Origin: Pseudomonadota bacterium
GTDB lineage: Bacteria; Pseudomonadota; Gammaproteobacteria; Steroidobacterales; Steroidobacteraceae
Reading direction: 5' to 3'
Assembly: GCA_016713725.1 (NCBI GenBank)
Contig: JADJOO010000020.1
Span: 4,192-68,191, forward strand
Length of the DNA stretch: 64,000 bases
Below the pieces are notes generated by a model that did no database searches, was not told the DNA's origin, and saw only the letters and a program-made list of their open reading frames with translations. Shown here one piece after another: positions 40,671 through 53,552 of this stretch (its first letter is position 1; each line of letters opens with the position of its first letter). Both the position numbers and the translations under genes were made by a program.

Positions 40671-43411
40671 TTAGCTGAGTCGAACTTGGCAGTGGCCGGA
40701 ACGGCACCGCCAATGTTACGCGGCCGCGTCTCGACGGGTAGCGTGGATGTTCCGGTTGCGACGGGTTCCAGCTCGGGCGCAAGAGCCGCGGCGGTTTCGT
40801 CGAATACGGGATCGCACGCTTCGCCGATCCAGTCGCCACGCAGCTGCAGGCTGCTGACCAACGAAACCATGACGGCGGCCGCGTAAGGAATGGATTGCAC
40901 CAGCAGCACTGTGACCCAGACCGTCAGGTCGGGGCTGCCGACGAGTCCCGGCAGGTCGCCGTCCATCTGCGGAATGCTGCTCACGGCGAACGCGGCCATC
41001 CACAATCCGCACATCAAGACCGCTTCCTCGCGCGCTGCCGCGAGCGATTGCAGCCATGCGTGGCGCGTCGTCCGCTTCGGGGTCCGGAAGAACGGGCGGT
41101 CCTTGTTGACGAAGCCACTCAACATCGCAGAACCGACCGTGTGCGACAGACCGAGCCCGGCGATGGCCGCGGCGATGGTCTGGGTGAACGTCGCGCCCAC
41201 CCGTGCTCGGTAGAGGTGCAGCAGCTTGACGAGCTTGAACAGGAACAGCGACAGCGGCAGCACCGAGAACAGCAACAGCGGCGGCTCGATGTGGCGCGGG
41301 AACAGCACCATCACCAGGGACCAGACGAGGGCGGCCAGGTTGACCAGCAGGTTGAAGCCGTCCGCAAGCCAGGGCAGCCAGCCTGCCACGAAGTGGTACC
41401 GCTGGCCCGAGGTCAGGCCCGTGTCGCGCCCGTGGATCAGCGCATCGAAGTGACGGCGCAGGATCTGCATGGCACCGAAAGCCCAGCGCGAACGCTGCTT
41501 CTTGAAATCGAGGAACGTGTCCGGCATCAGCCCGCGACCGTAGCTGCGGGCGATGTACGTCGTCGCGTAACCCTCGTCCAGGATGCGCAGGCCGAGTTCG
41601 GCGTCCTCCGTGATGCACCACTCCGACCAGCCGATGCGCTCCAGCAGGTCGCGGCGCACCATCGTCATCGTGCCGTGCTGGATGATGGCGTTGCGCTGAT
41701 TGCGCGTGACCATGCCGATGTGGAAAAAGCCGCGGTACTCCGCGTGGCACATCGCCTTGAATGCGCTCTCGGCAGCGTCGCGGTAATCCTGCGGTGCCTG
41801 GACCACGCCCGTGCGCGGATTGGCGAAAGCGGGCGCGAGGTCACGCAGCCACTCGGGCCGCACCACGTAGTCGGCATCGATCACGGCGACCACGGTCGCA
41901 TCCGGCGCGGTGTGGCGCAGTGCGAAATTGAGCGCGCCTGCCTTGAAGCCGTCGAGCGGCGCCACGTGGAAGAAGCGGAACCTTGCCCCGAGCTTCGCGC
42001 AGTGTGCCTCGACGGGTCGCCACACGGACTCGTCCCGCGTGTTGTTGTCGATGACCAGGACCTCGAAATCCGGGTAATCGAGGGCAGCGAGGGAGTCCAG
42101 GGTCTCGATCAGCATGTCCGGCGGCTCGTTGTAGGCCGGCACGTGGATGGAGACTCGTGGCAATTCGGCGTTCGAGACCCTGGCCGGTCGCAGCAGACGA
42201 TCATGCGTCGTTACCCAGCGCGCTTCGGCCCACTCGTGCGCCTCGGCGAACAGCACGGCGACGACTCCCAGCATGCCGACCATCAGCACGGCGCCGACCA
42301 GCACGCTGCTTACCGTCAGGTACTGCTGCGAGAAGTCGTAGATCGTCCACACGAGCAGCGTCGCCGTGGAGTACACGATGACAGCGAGGAAGCTGCGGCC
42401 CCGGTTGCGTAGTGTGTGGCTGTGGAAATAGAACAGCCACAGCATGAACGCCGCCGCAAGAACCGACGCAGCAGCGAGCACATGCCAGTGCGGCACTCGC
42501 ACGATCGGCGCGCGGAATTCGAACTTCTGCTGGCGGTCCGCGTCGTATACGCCCCAGTACGCGCCCACCTTGCCTTCGGCCGCCGTTTTCCACGGCTGAT
42601 CGAACGCTTCCATCACGAAGTACTCGAGCCGCTTTTGTTCGGCGTAGGCAAGAAAACGACGCAGGAACAGCGCTTCGTTCGCGGTGGTCGCGACGGCGGA
42701 CTCGCGCGTGCGGCCTTCGCTCGGCCAGCCTACTTCACCGATCACGATCGGCTTGCCGGGAAACGCGTTGCGGACTTCGCCGAGCTTTGCGACGACGTAC
42801 CCGACGGCAGCTTCGACTTCGACGCCTTCCCAGTACGGCAGCATGTGTACCGTGATGAAGTCGACGTGCGCCACGAGCTCCGGATGCTTGATCCAGACGT
42901 GCCAGGGCTCGGCGGTGCTCACCGGCTGCTTCGTGGCGGCGCGCACGCGGTCGAGGTGCGCGATGAGATCCTCGATCGGCAAGTCGCCACGCAGGACAAC
43001 TTCGTTGCCGATGAGGATGCGCGTGACGTTGCGATTGGTATTGGCGAGCCGGATCGCCGCTTCCACTTCGCGGGCGTTCCGCTCCCGGTCCGAGTCGATC
43101 CAGCTGCCGAGCATCACGTTCAGCCCGTGCCTGCGCGCAAGCGCCGGTATCTGCCCGAGGGTGCCGATCGAGCTATAGGTGCGGACGGCGCGGGTCGTAC
43201 CGGCAAGCAGCTTCAGGTCCGCGTCGATCTGTGCGGCGGTCGGGTCCTCGCCTGCGATCGCGTCCTGGTCCTTCTGATACGGCTGGAATGCGAACCCATG
43301 GATGACGCGCGGCAGCGCCGGTTCGGATGTCGGCCGATTGGCATAGCCCCACGCGCCCACCGTCAACATGGCGAACAGGACGACGATCAGGAAACCCGAC
43401 AGCTTTTTCAT
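40667..43411 (-). CDS. Bifunctional GH17 glucanase/transglycosylase plus GT2 glycosyltransferase, NdvB-like (beta-1,3-glucan synthesis)
   Basis: N-terminal GH17 (GFAFQPY...[12 protein letters not shown]...[10 protein letters not shown]), TM block, then GT2 ([11 protein letters not shown]...VLVIDNN...QAPQDY). The stop overlaps the downstream GTG (GTGA). Confidence 0.8.
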   Translation of the reverse strand: MKKLSGFLIVVLFAMLTVGAWGYANRPTSEPALPRVIHGFAFQPYQKDQDAIAGEDPTAAQIDADLKLLAGTTRAVRTYSSIGTLGQIPALARRHGLNVMLGSWIDSDRERNAREVEAAIRLANTNRNVTRILIGNEVVLRGDLPIEDLIAHLDRVRAATKQPVSTAEPWHVWIKHPELVAHVDFITVHMLPYWEGVEVEAAVGYVVAKLGEVRNAFPGKPIVIGEVGWPSEGRTRESAVATTANEALFLRRFLAYAEQKRLEYFVMEAFDQPWKTAAEGKVGAYWGVYDADRQQKFEFRAPIVRVPHWHVLAAASVLAAAFMLWLFYFHSHTLRNRGRSFLAVIVYSTATLLVWTIYDFSQQYLTVSSVLVGAVLMVGMLGVVAVLFAEAHEWAEARWVTTHDRLLRPARVSNAELPRVSIHVPAYNEPPDMLIETLDSLAALDYPDFEVLVIDNNTRDESVWRPVEAHCAKLGARFRFFHVAPLDGFKAGALNFALRHTAPDATVVAVIDADYVVRPEWLRDLAPAFANPRTGVVQAPQDYRDAAESAFKAMCHAEYRGFFHIGMVTRNQRNAIIQHGTMTMVRRDLLERIGWSEWCITEDAELGLRILDEGYATTYIARSYGRGLMPDTFLDFKKQRSRWAFGAMQILRRHFDALIHGRDTGLTSGQRYHFVAGWLPWLADGFNLLVNLAALVWSLVMVLFPRHIEPPLLLFSVLPLSLFLFKLVKLLHLYRARVGATFTQTIAAAIAGLGLSHTVGSAMLSGFVNKDRPFFRTPKRTTRHAWLQSLAAAREEAVLMCGLWMAAFAVSSIPQMDGDLPGLVGSPDLTVWVTVLLVQSIPYAAAVMVSLVSSLQLRGDWIGEACDPVFDETAAALAPELEPVATGTSTLPVETRPRNIGGAVPATAKFDSAK

Positions 43412-43582
43412 GCACCACCCGCGCGACGAGCCGCGATTCTAGGTGCCGTGCAATATGGCGTGCGGGCCGCCGGGTGTCGGGTATTGGCGACAATCGGACG
43501 ATTGCGCCCGTTGCCGCACCACCATGACGCATTTCTTCCCGGAATCAATACGTTGAGCCGCGGTCGGGACGCGGGCTGTACG

Positions 43583-44113
43583 TCAGACGAGGTTCAGTTG
43601 CAGTGTGTCGGCACGACGGCACGACGGCGCGCTGGTCGCGTTCTCGGTGTCCATCCAACGCATCCGATAGGCGCCGTCGGCGGCCAACGAATTGCTGAAG
43701 TTGTAACCCATGCCGATGCCGACCTCGTAGGCGAGACCGTCGACCGTCCGCGTGTCCTGCCAGGACGTGCAGATGTAGCCCCACCACGGGTGCCACCAGC
43801 AACCGACCTCGGGTGGCGCGGAGGCGATGTTGGTGTCGACCCAGGCCCAGCCCACGCCACCAACGACGTAGGGTGTCAACGGGCCAGTGAGGAAGGTATA
43901 GGCAGCATCGAACATCACCGACATCGTGTCGAGGCTGCCTTCGATCGCATGAGACTCGCCTGGGGAGTCGCCCACAACGTCGGCGAATTGGAGGTGATTG
44001 CGCCGACGTTGACCCGGTTGCGTCACCGGGTGGACAAGACTGGCTGAAGGCCAGCTTGCCTGTTCGGTCAAGGGGTTAAGACTGAGCGGGCGCCTCAGTT
44101 CCAGAACTTCCAC
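43583..44113 (-). pseudogene. Outer-membrane beta-barrel domain fragment without a signal peptide (probable remnant)
   Basis: C-terminal beta-barrel-like sequence (VVGGVGWAWVD...AYEVGIGMGYNF...AYRMRW). The N-terminal 60 aa lack any export signal and overlap the bamD 3' end. Confidence 0.35.
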
Positions 44114-44928
44114 CAGTGATCGTCCTTGGGCTGATCCTGGTCGAGCTGGATGGCGACATCCGGTGACACGTTAGCCTTGCGGACGTTGTCGGCGACCTGC
44201 GCCAGGTCATCGAGCTCCAGCCTGCGGTACGCAGCCGCAAGGATCTTGAGTGCGTCGTCCACGGCCGGCGCACCGTCGTAGCCTGTGATGACGCCCTTGG
44301 CGCGATTGGCCGCACCCACGTAGGCGCCACGCTTCAGGTAGAAGCGCGCCACCGCGATCTCGTAATCAGCCAGCCGGTTGCGCAGGAAAATCATGCGCTG
44401 GCGGGCATCGGCCGAGTACGGGCTCTTCGGGTACTGCTGCACCAGCACCTGGAAGGACTGGAACGATTTGCTTGCTTCGTGCGGCGGGCGCTTGGCGATG
44501 TCGGCCTTGAACTTGCGTTCGAGCCAGTTGGCCCCCGACTCGAAATACACCAGGCCGCGGACGTAATAGGCGTAGTCGACTCGCGGATGTGTCGGGTTTT
44601 CGCGGATGAACTGGTCCGCCTGGTCGATCGCCGCGTCGGCTGACCGGTTCTTGTAGTACGCGTAGATCAGGTCCAGCTGGCCCTGCTTGGCCTGCTCGCT
44701 GAACGGGTAGCGGGCCTCGAGCATTTCGTAGCGCTGGATTGCGCTCGGGTAATTGTTGCTCTTGATGTCGTGGATGGCGTCCCGGTAGAGCTGCTCCGGC
44801 GAGCCCTCGATGACCTTGTCCCCCTTGTCCTTGTCCCAGAACTTGAGGCTGCTGCAGCCGCTGGTGCCCAGCAGCGCCATCGCGAGCAGGGCCGAAGCGA
44901 GAAATCGTCGGGAAAAGGCAGCAGCCAT
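44095..44928 (-). CDS. bamD: Outer membrane protein assembly factor BamD
   Basis: Lipobox LLGTSGC and TPR-like YfiO sequence. Divergent from rluD, as in other proteobacteria. Confidence 0.9.
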   Translation of the reverse strand: MAAAFSRRFLASALLAMALLGTSGCSSLKFWDKDKGDKVIEGSPEQLYRDAIHDIKSNNYPSAIQRYEMLEARYPFSEQAKQGQLDLIYAYYKNRSADAAIDQADQFIRENPTHPRVDYAYYVRGLVYFESGANWLERKFKADIAKRPPHEASKSFQSFQVLVQQYPKSPYSADARQRMIFLRNRLADYEIAVARFYLKRGAYVGAANRAKGVITGYDGAPAVDDALKILAAAYRRLELDDLAQVADNVRKANVSPDVAIQLDQDQPKDDHWWKFWN

Positions 44929-44984
44929 GGAGGATCCTGGGTCGAGCCCTGCGGAAGGGCGTGAAGTATATAGAATTCGACCCC

Positions 44985-45950
44985 ATGCCGACCTCAACCG
45001 TTCAACTCAGCCTGCAGATTCCCGACACCGAAGCGGGCCAACGTCTCGACCAGGCGCTTGCCCGCCTGCTGCCCGACTATTCCCGCAGCCGCCTCAAGAC
45101 GTGGATCGAGGCCGGCGAAGTGCTGGTCGATGGGTCCGTTCGCCGCCCAAGGGACAAGGTCAACGGCGGTGAAATGGTCACCGTCGCCGGCACCGTGACC
45201 GAAGAATCGACAGCGCAGGCTCAGGCCATTCCGCTCGTGATGGCGTACGAGGACAAGCACGTCTTCATCGTCGACAAACCTGCCGGGCTGGTCGTGCATC
45301 CAGGCGCCGGCAACCCCGACCAGACGCTGCAGAACGCGCTGCTGTCGCGCGACCCCGACCTCGGCAATCTGCCTCGCGCCGGCATCGTGCACCGGCTCGA
45401 CAAGGACACGAGCGGGTTACTGATCGTGGCCCGCACGCTCAAGGCGCACACCGCGCTGGTGCGGATGCTCGAGGCGCGCGATATACACCGCGAATACGAA
45501 ACCATCTGCCGGGGCGTGATGACGGCGGGCGGCACGATCGACGCGCCGATCGACCGGCACCCGACCGACCGCGTGCGCATGGCGATCCGCGACGGCGGTC
45601 GCGATGCCGTTACGCATTACCGCGTGATCCGGCGTTTCCGTGCGCACACCCACGTCCGTGTGCAACTCGAAACCGGGCGCACTCACCAGATCCGCGTGCA
45701 CCTTGCACACGTCAACTACCCGATCGTCGGTGACCGCGTTTACGGCGGCCGGCTCGCGCTGCCGAAAGGCGCGACCGAAGAGTTACGGACCGCGTTGCGT
45801 GAATGCCCGCGTCAGGCACTGCACGCTGCGAGGCTGCAACTGGAACACCCCGTGACGGGCAAGCCGCTCGAAGCGCAGGCACCGCTGCCCGGGGACATGC
45901 TGGGACTCCTGGCTGTGCTCGCTGCGGACCTCGCCACCGCCAAGGCATGA
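44985..45950 (+). CDS. rluD: 23S rRNA pseudouridine synthase RluD
   Basis: S4 domain followed by HRLDKDTSGLLIVA and the RluA-family core. Confidence 0.9.
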   Translation: MPTSTVQLSLQIPDTEAGQRLDQALARLLPDYSRSRLKTWIEAGEVLVDGSVRRPRDKVNGGEMVTVAGTVTEESTAQAQAIPLVMAYEDKHVFIVDKPAGLVVHPGAGNPDQTLQNALLSRDPDLGNLPRAGIVHRLDKDTSGLLIVARTLKAHTALVRMLEARDIHREYETICRGVMTAGGTIDAPIDRHPTDRVRMAIRDGGRDAVTHYRVIRRFRAHTHVRVQLETGRTHQIRVHLAHVNYPIVGDRVYGGRLALPKGATEELRTALRECPRQALHAARLQLEHPVTGKPLEAQAPLPGDMLGLLAVLAADLATAKA

Positions 45951-46759
45951 CGCAAGGCGTGTCCTCGCCGCAGGGGTCGTGGCTGACGCCCGACTGGGAC
46001 GTCGCGCCGAACGTGCACGCGCTCTCGACGCTGCGCGGCGGCGGCCTGAGCGCGCAGGCCTACGCGAGTTTCAACCTCGCGCAGCACGTCGGCGACGATC
46101 CAGAGCACGTGCGTGCAAATCGCGCGCTGCTGCGAGCCGCAGTGAGGTTGCCGTCGGAACCGTTCTGGCTCGAGCAGGTGCACGGCATCAACGTCGTCGA
46201 GCATCCGGGGCCCGCCGCCACGCGTGCCGTGCAACCGCTTGCGGATGCGGCCGTGGCCTTCGCGCCAGGACGCGTCTGCGTGGTGATGACGGCCGATTGC
46301 CTGCCGGTCGTGTTCGCGGATCGCGCCGGCACATGCGTCGGGGTGGCGCATGTGGGCTGGCGCGGACTCGTGGGCGGCGTGCTCGAAGCCACCGTGGCGG
46401 CGCTGCAAGCGGAGCCCGATCAGCTCGTCGCCTGGCTCGGACCGGCGATCGGACCGGACGCGTTCGAAGTCGGATCCGAGGTGCGTGCGGCGTTCATCGC
46501 ACGTGACGCCGCCAACGACGACGCGTTCTTGCGCAACCAGGCTGGTCGCTACCAGGCCGACTTGTACCGCCTGGCGCGCCGCGCGCTGGCCCGTGTCGGC
46601 GTCCATCACGTCAGTGGCGGTGGGCGCTGCACGCAGCGCGAGGCCGCGGAATTCTTTTCATTCCGACGCGATGGCGGCCGGACCGGCCGCATGGCGACGC
46701 TGGCGTGGCTTACGCCCCGCACCCCCGCCGATTCCCACGCAAGGCGCGTGTTAACCTGA
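45947..46759 (+). CDS. pgeF: Peptidoglycan editing factor PgeF (YfiH, laccase-domain protein)
   Basis: ADAAV...VVMTADCLPV...GVAHVGWRG motifs. ATGA overlap with rluD. Confidence 0.85.
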   Translation: MTQGVSSPQGSWLTPDWDVAPNVHALSTLRGGGLSAQAYASFNLAQHVGDDPEHVRANRALLRAAVRLPSEPFWLEQVHGINVVEHPGPAATRAVQPLADAAVAFAPGRVCVVMTADCLPVVFADRAGTCVGVAHVGWRGLVGGVLEATVAALQAEPDQLVAWLGPAIGPDAFEVGSEVRAAFIARDAANDDAFLRNQAGRYQADLYRLARRALARVGVHHVSGGGRCTQREAAEFFSFRRDGGRTGRMATLAWLTPRTPADSHARRVLT

Positions 46760-46795
46760 CCGACATCCCCAGACTCGCACGCAGCAGTACGACCC

Positions 46796-47575
46796 TTGAG
46801 TAGCCTGGCCCTGATCGTCGTGTTCACGGCGCTGAGCGGTGTGTTGAGCGCCCTCGCGGCCGGCGTGTTCCTGGCACTCGATGCGCGTTGGCGAACGGCC
46901 ATGCTGCCTCACCTCGTCAGCTTCGCGACCGGGACGCTGCTCGGCGCGGCTTTCCTGGGGCTGATTCCGCACGCGCTCGACGTGGCTGGTCCGGGGTCGC
47001 CGCATCGGGTGGGTCTCGCCCTGCTGTTCGGCATCCTGCTGTTCTTCCTGCTGGAAAAATTCGTGCTCTGGCGACATTGCCACGACGATCCCTGCGAAAT
47101 GCACTCGCCGGGCCACGACGCGCGCGACCGTGCGTCGGCCAACCTGATTCTCGCAGGCGACACGTTTCACAACCTGCTCGATGGCGTGCTGGTGGCGGCG
47201 GCGTTCATGACCAACCCGCAACTCGGCATCGTCACGGCGCTTGCCGTGTTCGCCCACGAAATCCCGCAGGAAGTGGGCGACCTCGCGATCCTGCTGCAGG
47301 GTGGTTTCAGCCGCGCCCGGGCGATGACCCTGAACCTGGTCTCGAGCCTCACGTCGGTGGTGGGTGGCGTCATCGCGTACTACGCGCTCAGTACAGCGTT
47401 GGATCTCCTGCCCTATGCGCTGGCCCTGGCGGCCTCGAGTTTCATCTACGTGGCCGTGGCCGATCTCATCCCCGGACTGCACCGCCGCGTGGATCTGCGC
47501 GCGAGCCTCGGCCAGGTGCTGTTCATCGCCATGGGGGTGGGGCTGGTGTACCTGACGCACCAGGGCATGCACTAG
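46796..47575 (+). CDS. zupT: ZIP-family divalent metal transporter (ZupT-like)
   Basis: FAHEIPQEVGDLAILL signature and a His-rich loop (HCHDDPCEMHSPGHD). TTG start. Confidence 0.8.
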   Translation: MSSLALIVVFTALSGVLSALAAGVFLALDARWRTAMLPHLVSFATGTLLGAAFLGLIPHALDVAGPGSPHRVGLALLFGILLFFLLEKFVLWRHCHDDPCEMHSPGHDARDRASANLILAGDTFHNLLDGVLVAAAFMTNPQLGIVTALAVFAHEIPQEVGDLAILLQGGFSRARAMTLNLVSSLTSVVGGVIAYYALSTALDLLPYALALAASSFIYVAVADLIPGLHRRVDLRASLGQVLFIAMGVGLVYLTHQGMH

Positions 47576-47577
47576 GA

Positions 47578-47728
47578 GGGGATAGGGGTTAGGGGTAGGG
47601 GATAGTCGGAGGGGCGGCCAAGGCCGGTCAGAATTGGCGTAATTGGCTGACAGGTATGGATTTTGATCGCTGCTGTGCGCGGTCCGACGTGCGTTCCGAC
47701 TATCCCTAACCCCCTATCCCCTGACCCC
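47578..47728. repeat. Inverted pair of G-rich heptamer arrays (G-quadruplex motifs on both strands) with an 86-nt spacer
   Basis: GGGGATAGGGGTTAGGGGTAGGGGATAGTCGG (47578-47609) versus CCGACTATCCCTAACCCCCTATCCCCTGACCCC (47696-47728). Confidence 0.75.
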
Positions 47729-47788
47729 TTTTATCTCGCGGCATCGGCCCCACTTCTGGGCGCATACCGTCCCACGGACAGAGCCCCC

Positions 47789-50378
<2,590 letters not shown>

Positions 50379-50430
50379 TCCGCAGCCGTTTCGTCTACCC
50401 TAGGCCACGTTGCACCGCGCCGGACCGACC

Positions 50431-50874
50431 ATGCCGATTTACGAATACCAGTGCCAGAAGTGCCACCATCACCTGGAGGCGCTGCAGAAGATCTCCGACA
50501 AGCCGTTGCGGGAGTGCCCCGAATGCGGCAAGCACACGCTGCAGCGCCTGATGTCGGCGCCGATGTTCCGCCTCGCGGGCAGCGGCTGGTACGAGACCGA
50601 TTTCAAGTCGGACAAAGAGAGCAAGCGCAACCTGGCCGGCAAGGACGAAGCTCCTCCGGCCGAGAGTTCTGCCGCGGTCAAGTCCGAGACGAGCGAAAAG
50701 GCTGCCAACAAGGTCGAGACGAAGGCAGAACCTGCCTCGACCAAGAAGAGCGTCGCAGCCAAGAAGCCCGCGGCGAAGCCGGTCGCCAGATCCAAGCCGG
50801 CCGCGAAGAAATCCGCGGCAAGAAAGCCGTCCGCAAACGCTGAATCGCGCGGGCAGGGGCCCGCGCAGGAGTGA
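50431..50874 (+). CDS. FmdB-family zinc-ribbon protein with Lys/Ala/Pro-rich tail
   Basis: [11 protein letters not shown]...CPECG, then [25 protein letters not shown]. Confidence 0.8.
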   Translation: MPIYEYQCQKCHHHLEALQKISDKPLRECPECGKHTLQRLMSAPMFRLAGSGWYETDFKSDKESKRNLAGKDEAPPAESSAAVKSETSEKAANKVETKAEPASTKKSVAAKKPAAKPVARSKPAAKKSAARKPSANAESRGQGPAQE

Positions 50875-51608
50875 ACCGAGTGGCTGATCCGACATCGACC
50901 GACCACCACGACGGCGATGACGCGGGTGCGGGCGACGACAAAGGTAGTCGCCGCAGCTTCGCGCGCCGATTGCGCAATCACCTGATCGCGGGTCTCCTGA
51001 TCTGGGTTCCCGTCATGGTGACCGTGTGGGTCATCCGCTTCCTGTCGCGCATCCTCGACCAGTCGCTCGTGCTGTTGCCGCCGCCGTGGCGACCCGAGGC
51101 ACTCTTCGGCACCTACATCCCCGGCGTCGGCATCGTCCTGTCGTTCCTACTGCTGGTCACTACAGGCGTCGTGGTCCGCAACCTGTTCGGCGGCCAGATC
51201 GTCGAAGGGTTCGAGAACCTGGTGCGGCGTATCCCAGTGATTGGCGCCGTTTACGGTGGCGCCAAGACTTTCAGCGAGACCGTGCTCACCGACAAGGGGA
51301 AGTCGTTCAAGCAGGTGGTCCTGTTGGAGTTCCCGCGCAAGGGCCTGTTCAGCGTGGGTTTCATCACGTCCGAGGAAATGGACGAGGTCCAGGCCAGGAC
51401 CGAGCAGGACGTGGTCTGCGTCTTCGTCCCGACCACGCCGAACCCGACCACGGGATTCCTGGTGGCCGTCGACCGCAACGAGATTGTCCGGCTGGACATG
51501 ACCGTGGACGAAGCCTTCAAGATGCTGCTGACCCTGGGCGTCGTCGTGCCCAGGTGGCAAAAGCCCCCCGTTGCGGCTGATCTTGCGCCGCAGCAACCCC
51601 CTCCGTAA
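50871..51608 (+). CDS. DUF502 membrane protein
   Basis: [13 protein letters not shown]...IPGVGIV...IPVIGAVYG pattern. Confidence 0.8.
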   Translation: MNRVADPTSTDHHDGDDAGAGDDKGSRRSFARRLRNHLIAGLLIWVPVMVTVWVIRFLSRILDQSLVLLPPPWRPEALFGTYIPGVGIVLSFLLLVTTGVVVRNLFGGQIVEGFENLVRRIPVIGAVYGGAKTFSETVLTDKGKSFKQVVLLEFPRKGLFSVGFITSEEMDEVQARTEQDVVCVFVPTTPNPTTGFLVAVDRNEIVRLDMTVDEAFKMLLTLGVVVPRWQKPPVAADLAPQQPPP

Positions 51609-51679
51609 CATCCTCCGGCTCCGCGTGGCGCGCGGGCCCAAGGGCCGTTCGCCGCGCACCTTTTGACGGGATTTCCCCC

Positions 51680-53460
51680 ATGCCCATGCGCACTCACTAT
51701 TGCGGCGACGTCAACGAACGCCTCGTCGGCTCCACTGTCGACGTGGCCGGCTGGGTCCACCGTCGCCGCGACCACGGCGGCGTCATTTTCGTCGACCTGC
51801 GCGACCGCGACGGCCTGCTGCAGGTCGTCTTCGATCCAGACGCGGCCGAGGTCTTCGCCGAAGCCGAGCGTCTCCGTGGCGAGTGGGTGATCAAAGTGAC
51901 CGGCACGGTGCGGCCGCGGCCCGCGGGCACGGCCAATGCGAACCTGGCCTCGGGCCAGGTCGAGCTGCTCGCGCGCGGCATCGAAGTGCTGAACCGCTCG
52001 GAGCCGATCCCGTTCCAGCTCGACGAGGAAGTAAAGGAAGAGACGCGGCTCAAGTACCGCTACATCGACCTGCGCCGCGACGTGATGCAGAAGCGCCTGC
52101 GTCAGCGTCACGCGATCACGCGCTCGATGCGCGAGTACCTCGACGGCAACGGCTTCATCGACGTCGAGACGCCGATGCTGACCAAGGCCACGCCGGAAGG
52201 CGCGCGCGACTACCTGGTGCCAAGCCGGACGCAGCCGGGCAAGTTCTTCGCGTTGCCGCAGTCGCCGCAGATCTTCAAGCAGCTGCTGATGATGTCGGGC
52301 TTCGACCGCTACTACCAGATCGTGCGCTGCTTCCGCGACGAGGACCTGCGCGCCGACCGCCAGCCCGAGTTCACGCAGCTCGACATCGAGACGTCGTTCC
52401 TGACGCGCGACGAGATCATGGGACTCATGGAGAGCCTGGTGCGCAAGCTCTTCCAGGACGTGCTCGGCCAGTCGCTGCCCGAGCCGTTCCCGCGCATGAC
52501 GTACGCCGAGGCGATGCGCCGCTACGCGTCGGACAAGCCGGACCTGCGCATCCCGCTCGAGCTGGTCGACGTCGCCGACCTGGTCAAGGACTGTGAATTT
52601 AAGGTGTTTTCCGGCCCGTCAGCGGATCCGGAAGGTCGTGTCGCCGCGTTGCGCGTCCCGCAAGGCGGGGAGAAGCTGTCGCGCAAGCAGATCGACGACT
52701 ACGCCGCATTTGTCGCGCGCTACGGCGCGAAGGGCTTGGCATACGTCAAGGTCAACGATGTGACGAAGGGCCGCGACGGCCTGCAGTCGCCGATCCTGAA
52801 GTTCCTGTCGGACGCGGCGGTCGCGGGCCTCCTGCAGCGCACCGGCGCGCAGACCGGCGACCTCGTTTTCTTCGGCGCCGACAAGGCCAAGGTGGTCAAC
52901 GACGCGATCGGCGCGTTGCGCATCAAGGTTGGCCAGGACCTGGGACTGGTCGCCGCGGGCTGGGCGCCGCTCTGGGTCATCGACTTCCCGATGTTCGAAT
53001 GGGATGCGGATTCGAAGCGCTGGGCCGCGATGCACCACCCCTTCACGTCGCCGGTCAACGACGACGCGGCGGCGCTCAAGGCCAGCCCAGGCGAGGCGCT
53101 GGCGCGCGCCTACGACATGGTGCTGAACGGCTCCCGAGATCGGCGGCGGCTCGGTGCGTATCCATCGCAACGAGATGCAGTCGACCGTGTTCGAGATGCT
53201 CGGCATCGGCGCCGAGGAGGCCGAGAAGAAGTTCGGCTTCCTGCTCGAGGCGCTCAAGTACGGCGCGCCGCCGCACGGCGGCATGGCGTTCGGGCTCGAC
53301 CGCCTGGCCATGCTGATGGCGGGCGCCGGGCTCGATCCGCGACGTCATCGCCTTCCCGAAGACGCAGACCGCCACCTGCCCGCTGACCGACGCCCCGACC
53401 GAGGTGTCCGAGCAGCAGCTGCGCGACCTGCACATCCGCGTCAAGCTGCCTGAGAAATAG
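51680..53460 (+). pseudogene. aspS: Aspartate--tRNA ligase, two frameshifts near 53135 and 53335
   Basis: MRTHYCG..., [18 protein letters not shown]. The C-terminus is spread over three frames ([18 protein letters not shown]...[18 protein letters not shown]...KLPEK, stop 53458-53460). Confidence 0.9.
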
Positions 53461-53552
53461 GGGACATTCACCTATTTCCACTCATTTCCAAACGCAGTGC
53501 TGGTGGTGCATGGACGGTTGCCGGAAATAGGTGAATGTCCCCTATTTCTCAG
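53450..53552. repeat. Perfect 30-bp inverted repeat with a 43-nt spacer
   Basis: CCTGAGAAATAGGGGACATTCACCTATTTCC (53450-53479) pairs exactly with 53523-53552. The left arm contains the aspS stop codon and the right arm the ATG of the next gene. Confidence 0.85.

Noticed and set aside
43583-44113. A full-length 176-aa outer-membrane protein gene
   Set aside because: There is no signal peptide in any frame, and the 5' end overlaps bamD. It is kept only as a low-confidence remnant.
47578-47614. The G-rich heptamer array as a CRISPR array or telomere-like repeat
   Set aside because: The units are 6-7 nt with no spacers and no cas genes. It lies internal to the window, between two chromosomal genes, with no end-of-replicon features.
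47728-47755. A sigma32 heat-shock promoter for clpB (CTTTTAT-N13-CCCCACTT)
   Set aside because: The -10 resembles CCCCATNT, but the -35 matches CTTGAAA at only 4 of 7 positions. This is too weak to annotate and is mentioned only as context.
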